A stretch of DNA of 64,000 bases, taken from NCBI GenBank assembly GCA_963727525.1, contig CAVSGO010000007.1, forward strand, positions 256,001 to 320,000, written 5' to 3'. The notes under the pieces were generated by a model. The model did no database searches. It saw only the letters and a list, made by a program, of their open reading frames with translations, and had not been told where the DNA came from. Positions 62,537 to 64,000 of the stretch are shown here, piece after piece. Each line of letters opens with the position of its first letter. Positions within the stretch are counted from its first letter, which is position 1. The stretch comes from an uncultured bacterium (GTDB lineage: Bacteria > Krumholzibacteriota > Krumholzibacteriia > LZORAL124-64-63). The translations under genes and the position numbers were made by a program.

Positions 62537-63817
62537 TTACCTCCCGGAATGCAGGGGTGGAGGGGGGGACGTGGCGGCGCGCGCGGTGTTCGTCAGCGTA
62601 GAACCGGCCTGGACCACGACTTTATCACTGGTGCGCTGGACGAAGGCCACCAAGGCCTTGCCATGCGGCGTCAAGATCGAGACGGGGTTGGTGGTGGGAT
62701 CGGGTTCGACGAGGGTGACAGAATAGTCGTGCAGTCCGGCCGCGAGCGCGCCCAGGTTCATCGAGGCCACGACGTGATCGCGGACGACGTTGTGGAACGT
62801 GCTGACGCCCTGATACACGGCCGCCGTCTCGACCTCCTCGTAGGTCAGGACGACACTCAGCGAGTAGCCGGTGAGATCGACGTCGGCAGGCAGATCGAGC
62901 GTGACGGTGGCGTCGACATTGAGATCGCTGAAATCGGGCGTCGGGATGATGATCGCGAAATCGGCGTCCCCGCTCTCCGCGACGATGCTGCTTTGCATCG
63001 CGGTGACGCCCGGCGGGGTGCCATAGGCACCGGCCAGAGCGCCATCGATGAAGAGCGACGGGTGGTTGAAGGAACCAGCCGGATTGTAGTACGCCATGCG
63101 CGCGTCCATCACCTGCTGCGACGTCCAGTAGAAGGGATCGGCGGGTGTGGGCACGTCTCCCACCCATTTCACGTAGATGACCTGGTCGGCGCCGTAGCCC
63201 GGTTGGCTCTGCAAGTACTCCACGTTGGCGTTGAAGGCCGGACAGCCGGTGCAGTGTACGTTGGAGAATCCCTCGAACAGCACGATGCGTGCGATGGCGA
63301 GCGAGGTAAGGGCGAAGTCGGCGGTGGCCGTCTCTTCGGCCACGACCGACACCTCCCGCGACTCCGGGTCGACGTCGAATCCATCCAGGACCACCGACAC
63401 CATGTGATCGCCCGGCAACAGGTCGGTGAAGGTGTGGGGCGTGAGGAACCCGCTATCGGTGCCGTCGAGCATGATCGCGGCGCCGGCCGGCGTCGACGTG
63501 ACGGTGAGGCCGCCCACGTGCGCGGCGAGCGTGAAGTCCGCACCTGCCGTGCCCCCGTAGGGGACGGTGACGGTGCGCTGGGCCGGGATCGGTGTGTGGT
63601 CTGCGAGTTCGACCGCGATATTGTACGTGCCACCTTCAACGTCAGTGAAGGTATGGGGAGTCACGTACGCGGTCACGGCGCCGTCGAGGCGGATGGCGGC
63701 CCCGGAAGGATCGGACGTGACCGTGAGGTCGCCAGGGGCCGGGGCTTCGCGGCCGCAGGCGGCCACGAGTACCAGCGTGACGAGGACGATGGCGAGAGCA
63801 GAGTGGCGGACGCGCAA
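62537..63817 (-). CDS. Lipoprotein with two PEGA domains and an Omp28/thioredoxin-like CxxC domain
   Basis: TTG start after GGAGGG; lipobox VAAC; two VTS.P.GAAI.LDG..TP repeats; RIVLFEGFSNVHCTGC, HPSLFIDG, NVVRD. Confidence 0.85.
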   Translation of the reverse strand: MRVRHSALAIVLVTLVLVAACGREAPAPGDLTVTSDPSGAAIRLDGAVTAYVTPHTFTDVEGGTYNIAVELADHTPIPAQRTVTVPYGGTAGADFTLAAHVGGLTVTSTPAGAAIMLDGTDSGFLTPHTFTDLLPGDHMVSVVLDGFDVDPESREVSVVAEETATADFALTSLAIARIVLFEGFSNVHCTGCPAFNANVEYLQSQPGYGADQVIYVKWVGDVPTPADPFYWTSQQVMDARMAYYNPAGSFNHPSLFIDGALAGAYGTPPGVTAMQSSIVAESGDADFAIIIPTPDFSDLNVDATVTLDLPADVDLTGYSLSVVLTYEEVETAAVYQGVSTFHNVVRDHVVASMNLGALAAGLHDYSVTLVEPDPTTNPVSILTPHGKALVAFVQRTSDKVVVQAGSTLTNTARAATSPPPPLHSGR

Positions 63818-63888
63818 CGCGTAACCCTCCGGGGTTGAGGATGAGGGTGGGGGCGCTTGCGAAATCATGCGGCACACGACGAAAGCCC

Positions 63889-63918
63889 AGTATACTATCC
63901 GGAGCTCATGCGAGTCAA
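63889..63918 (-). promoter_or_regulatory. Sigma70-like promoter of the redox operon
   Basis: TTGACT-N18-TATACT on the minus strand. Confidence 0.6.
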
Positions 63919-64000
63919 ATCGTTATGCCGATCGAACCGGTCCGGTCGTGATATTCGCGACTGTACCGTGCACGGGTCGCCTCCCCGCCGCGGGTTCTCT

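Noticed and set aside
57526-63838. Long plus-strand ORFs (1182 aa and 866 aa; likewise 52579-54792, 54894-56858, 31847-34399)
   Set aside because: Antisense shadows of real genes in high-GC DNA, with no recognisable motifs.

Overview
High-GC bacterial chromosome segment with about 55 genes. Eight secreted proteins end in a FlgD-Ig/T9SS-like domain and one ends in a short 'TW..VK.LF' tail, which suggests an FCB-group candidate lineage (Latescibacterota/Krumholzibacteriota-like; inference). The left and middle parts are mostly housekeeping: pckA, RluA, a eukaryote-type citrate synthase, a Dus3-like enzyme, a cobalamin riboswitch-BtuB-BtuG-like-PduO unit, cysK/cysE, rex, GH13, PGM, rlmI, ppk2 and several secreted peptidases. 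The main discovery is at 52.6-63.9 kb (minus strand). Three tandem secreted Omp28/thioredoxin-fold paralogues are each split by the ORF track at an in-frame TGA at codon 37, in a W-U-V-Y-C motif followed by a conserved SECIS-like hairpin, so they are predicted secreted selenoproteins. They lie downstream of an operon encoding a CxxC Omp28-type lipoprotein, a secreted CxxGxC-repeat protein and a TlpA-beta-barrel fusion. Together these suggest a thiol/selenol redox relay across the outer membrane. Other highlights: archaeal-type gatE-gatD in a bacterium, a highly divergent GlpX-like protein, an unannotated 47-aa protein with four CxxC motifs, a 31-bp RNA hairpin and an IS66 relic. All family calls come from motif recognition by eye; no database searches were run.
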